A stretch of 47,983 nt of DNA from Colwellia polaris (lineage in GTDB: Archaea; Nanohalarchaeota; Nanosalinia; Nanosalinales; Nanosalinaceae), in NCBI GenBank assembly GCA_047617785.1, contig JBLGBK010000006.1:1-47983 (forward strand). The letters run 5' to 3'. This document shows positions 47,630 to 47,983 of the stretch, piece by piece (positions within the stretch are counted from its first letter, which is position 1; the number at the start of each line of letters is the position of its first letter). The notes beneath the pieces are model-generated. The model did not search any database. It saw only the letters and a list, made by a program, of their open reading frames with translations, and was not told the DNA's origin. A program made the position numbers and the translations under genes.

Positions 47630-47791
47630 ATGGGAATGAACAAAGGTAAACGAAACAAGAAAAAGCACGGCAAATGCAGAAGATGCGGCAAAGCATCTTT
47701 CAACCTTCAGAAAGGTCAATGCGCACACTGCGGATTCGGAAAGACTGCAAAGCGCAACGACTTCGACAAAGACAAGCCTAGAAAAGACTGA
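47630..47791 (+). CDS. rpl37e: 50S ribosomal protein L37e (absent from the ORF track)
   Basis: Manual translation [42 protein letters not shown]...; HxxCRRCG...CxxCGF zinc motif. Confidence 0.93.
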   Translation: MGMNKGKRNKKKHGKCRRCGKASFNLQKGQCAHCGFGKTAKRNDFDKDKPRKD

Positions 47792-47816
47792 AACCGGCTT
47801 AAAAACCATATTTCAT

Positions 47817-47962
47817 GGGCTCGTAGCTCAGTCTGGCAGAGCACCGGGCTTTTAACAACACGCTAGTTAAAAGCACTGAGCCACGCACTCCGTGGCGATG
47901 ACGAATCGTTTTAACTACTGGAAGAAACCCGGTAGTCGCGGGTTCAAATCCCGTCGAGCCCA
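47817..47962 (+). tRNA. tRNA-Lys(UUU) with a 72-nt intron at position 37/38 (47855-47926); CCA not encoded
   Basis: Acceptor GGGCTCG/CGAGCCC, D stem GCTC/GAGC, anticodon stem CCGGG/CCCGG, anticodon TTT 47851-53, T arm GCGGG-TTCAAAT-CCCGT; BHB helix CUUU/GAAG with UA|A and AA|A bulges. Confidence 0.95.
47855..47926 (+). ncRNA. tRNA intron with box D'/C' motif; putative 2'-O-methylation guide for U34
   Basis: Antisense GTTAAAAGC (47866-74), CTGA (47876-79), hairpin GCCACG/CGTGGC, GCGATGA (47895-901). Confidence 0.65.
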
Positions 47963-47983
47963 CTCAAAACTCCTTAAAAAATT

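Noticed and set aside
1-47983. Numerous antisense and overlapping ORFs in the six-frame track (e.g. 4976-5497, 17071-17580, 24660-25052, 44922-45365, 47627-47809)
   Set aside because: Ser/Phe/Leu-rich shadows of acidic genes on the opposite strand, with no motifs or SD sites.
1-47983. CRISPR array, transposase/IS, integrase or provirus
   Set aside because: No regularly spaced repeats, terminal inverted repeats or mobile-element motifs seen.

Overview
Core-genome segment (roughly 43% GC by eye) of an extremely halophilic DPANN archaeon, most likely Nanohaloarchaeota. This is inferred from the strongly acidic proteome, archaeal information genes, compact intergenic spaces and GAGGTG Shine-Dalgarno sites. 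The window holds a complete A/V-type ATP synthase operon (H-I-K-E-C-F-A-B-D). Transcription, replication and repair genes are TFB, TBP, a histone plus a coiled-coil histone-fold variant, MCM, RPA2-like, SSB, DNA ligase and Nth. Translation and RNA-processing genes are aIF5A, aIF2-beta, L15e, S8e, L37e (missed by the ORF track), Lsm, Nob1, Rpp30, Pop5, CCA-adding enzyme, Trm1, Elp3, DRG and aVLRF1. A MoxR-DUF58 cluster and an intron-containing tRNA-Lys(UUU) are also present. Most notable: (1) the tRNA-Lys intron carries a box D'/C' motif and a 9-nt antisense element placed exactly (N+5 rule) to guide 2'-O-methylation of its own wobble U34, masked by an internal target mimic; (2) an uncharacterised three-gene module (coiled-coil/XRE-HTH protein, 843-aa metal-binding TIM barrel, MNT-HEPN-like fusion); (3) an unassigned ~160-175-nt multi-helix ncRNA candidate near rps8e; (4) two 'hollowed-out' pseudogenes; (5) a probable ATA start codon for atpI. 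No CRISPR array, IS element or intein was seen. All calls are from reading motifs; no database search was run.
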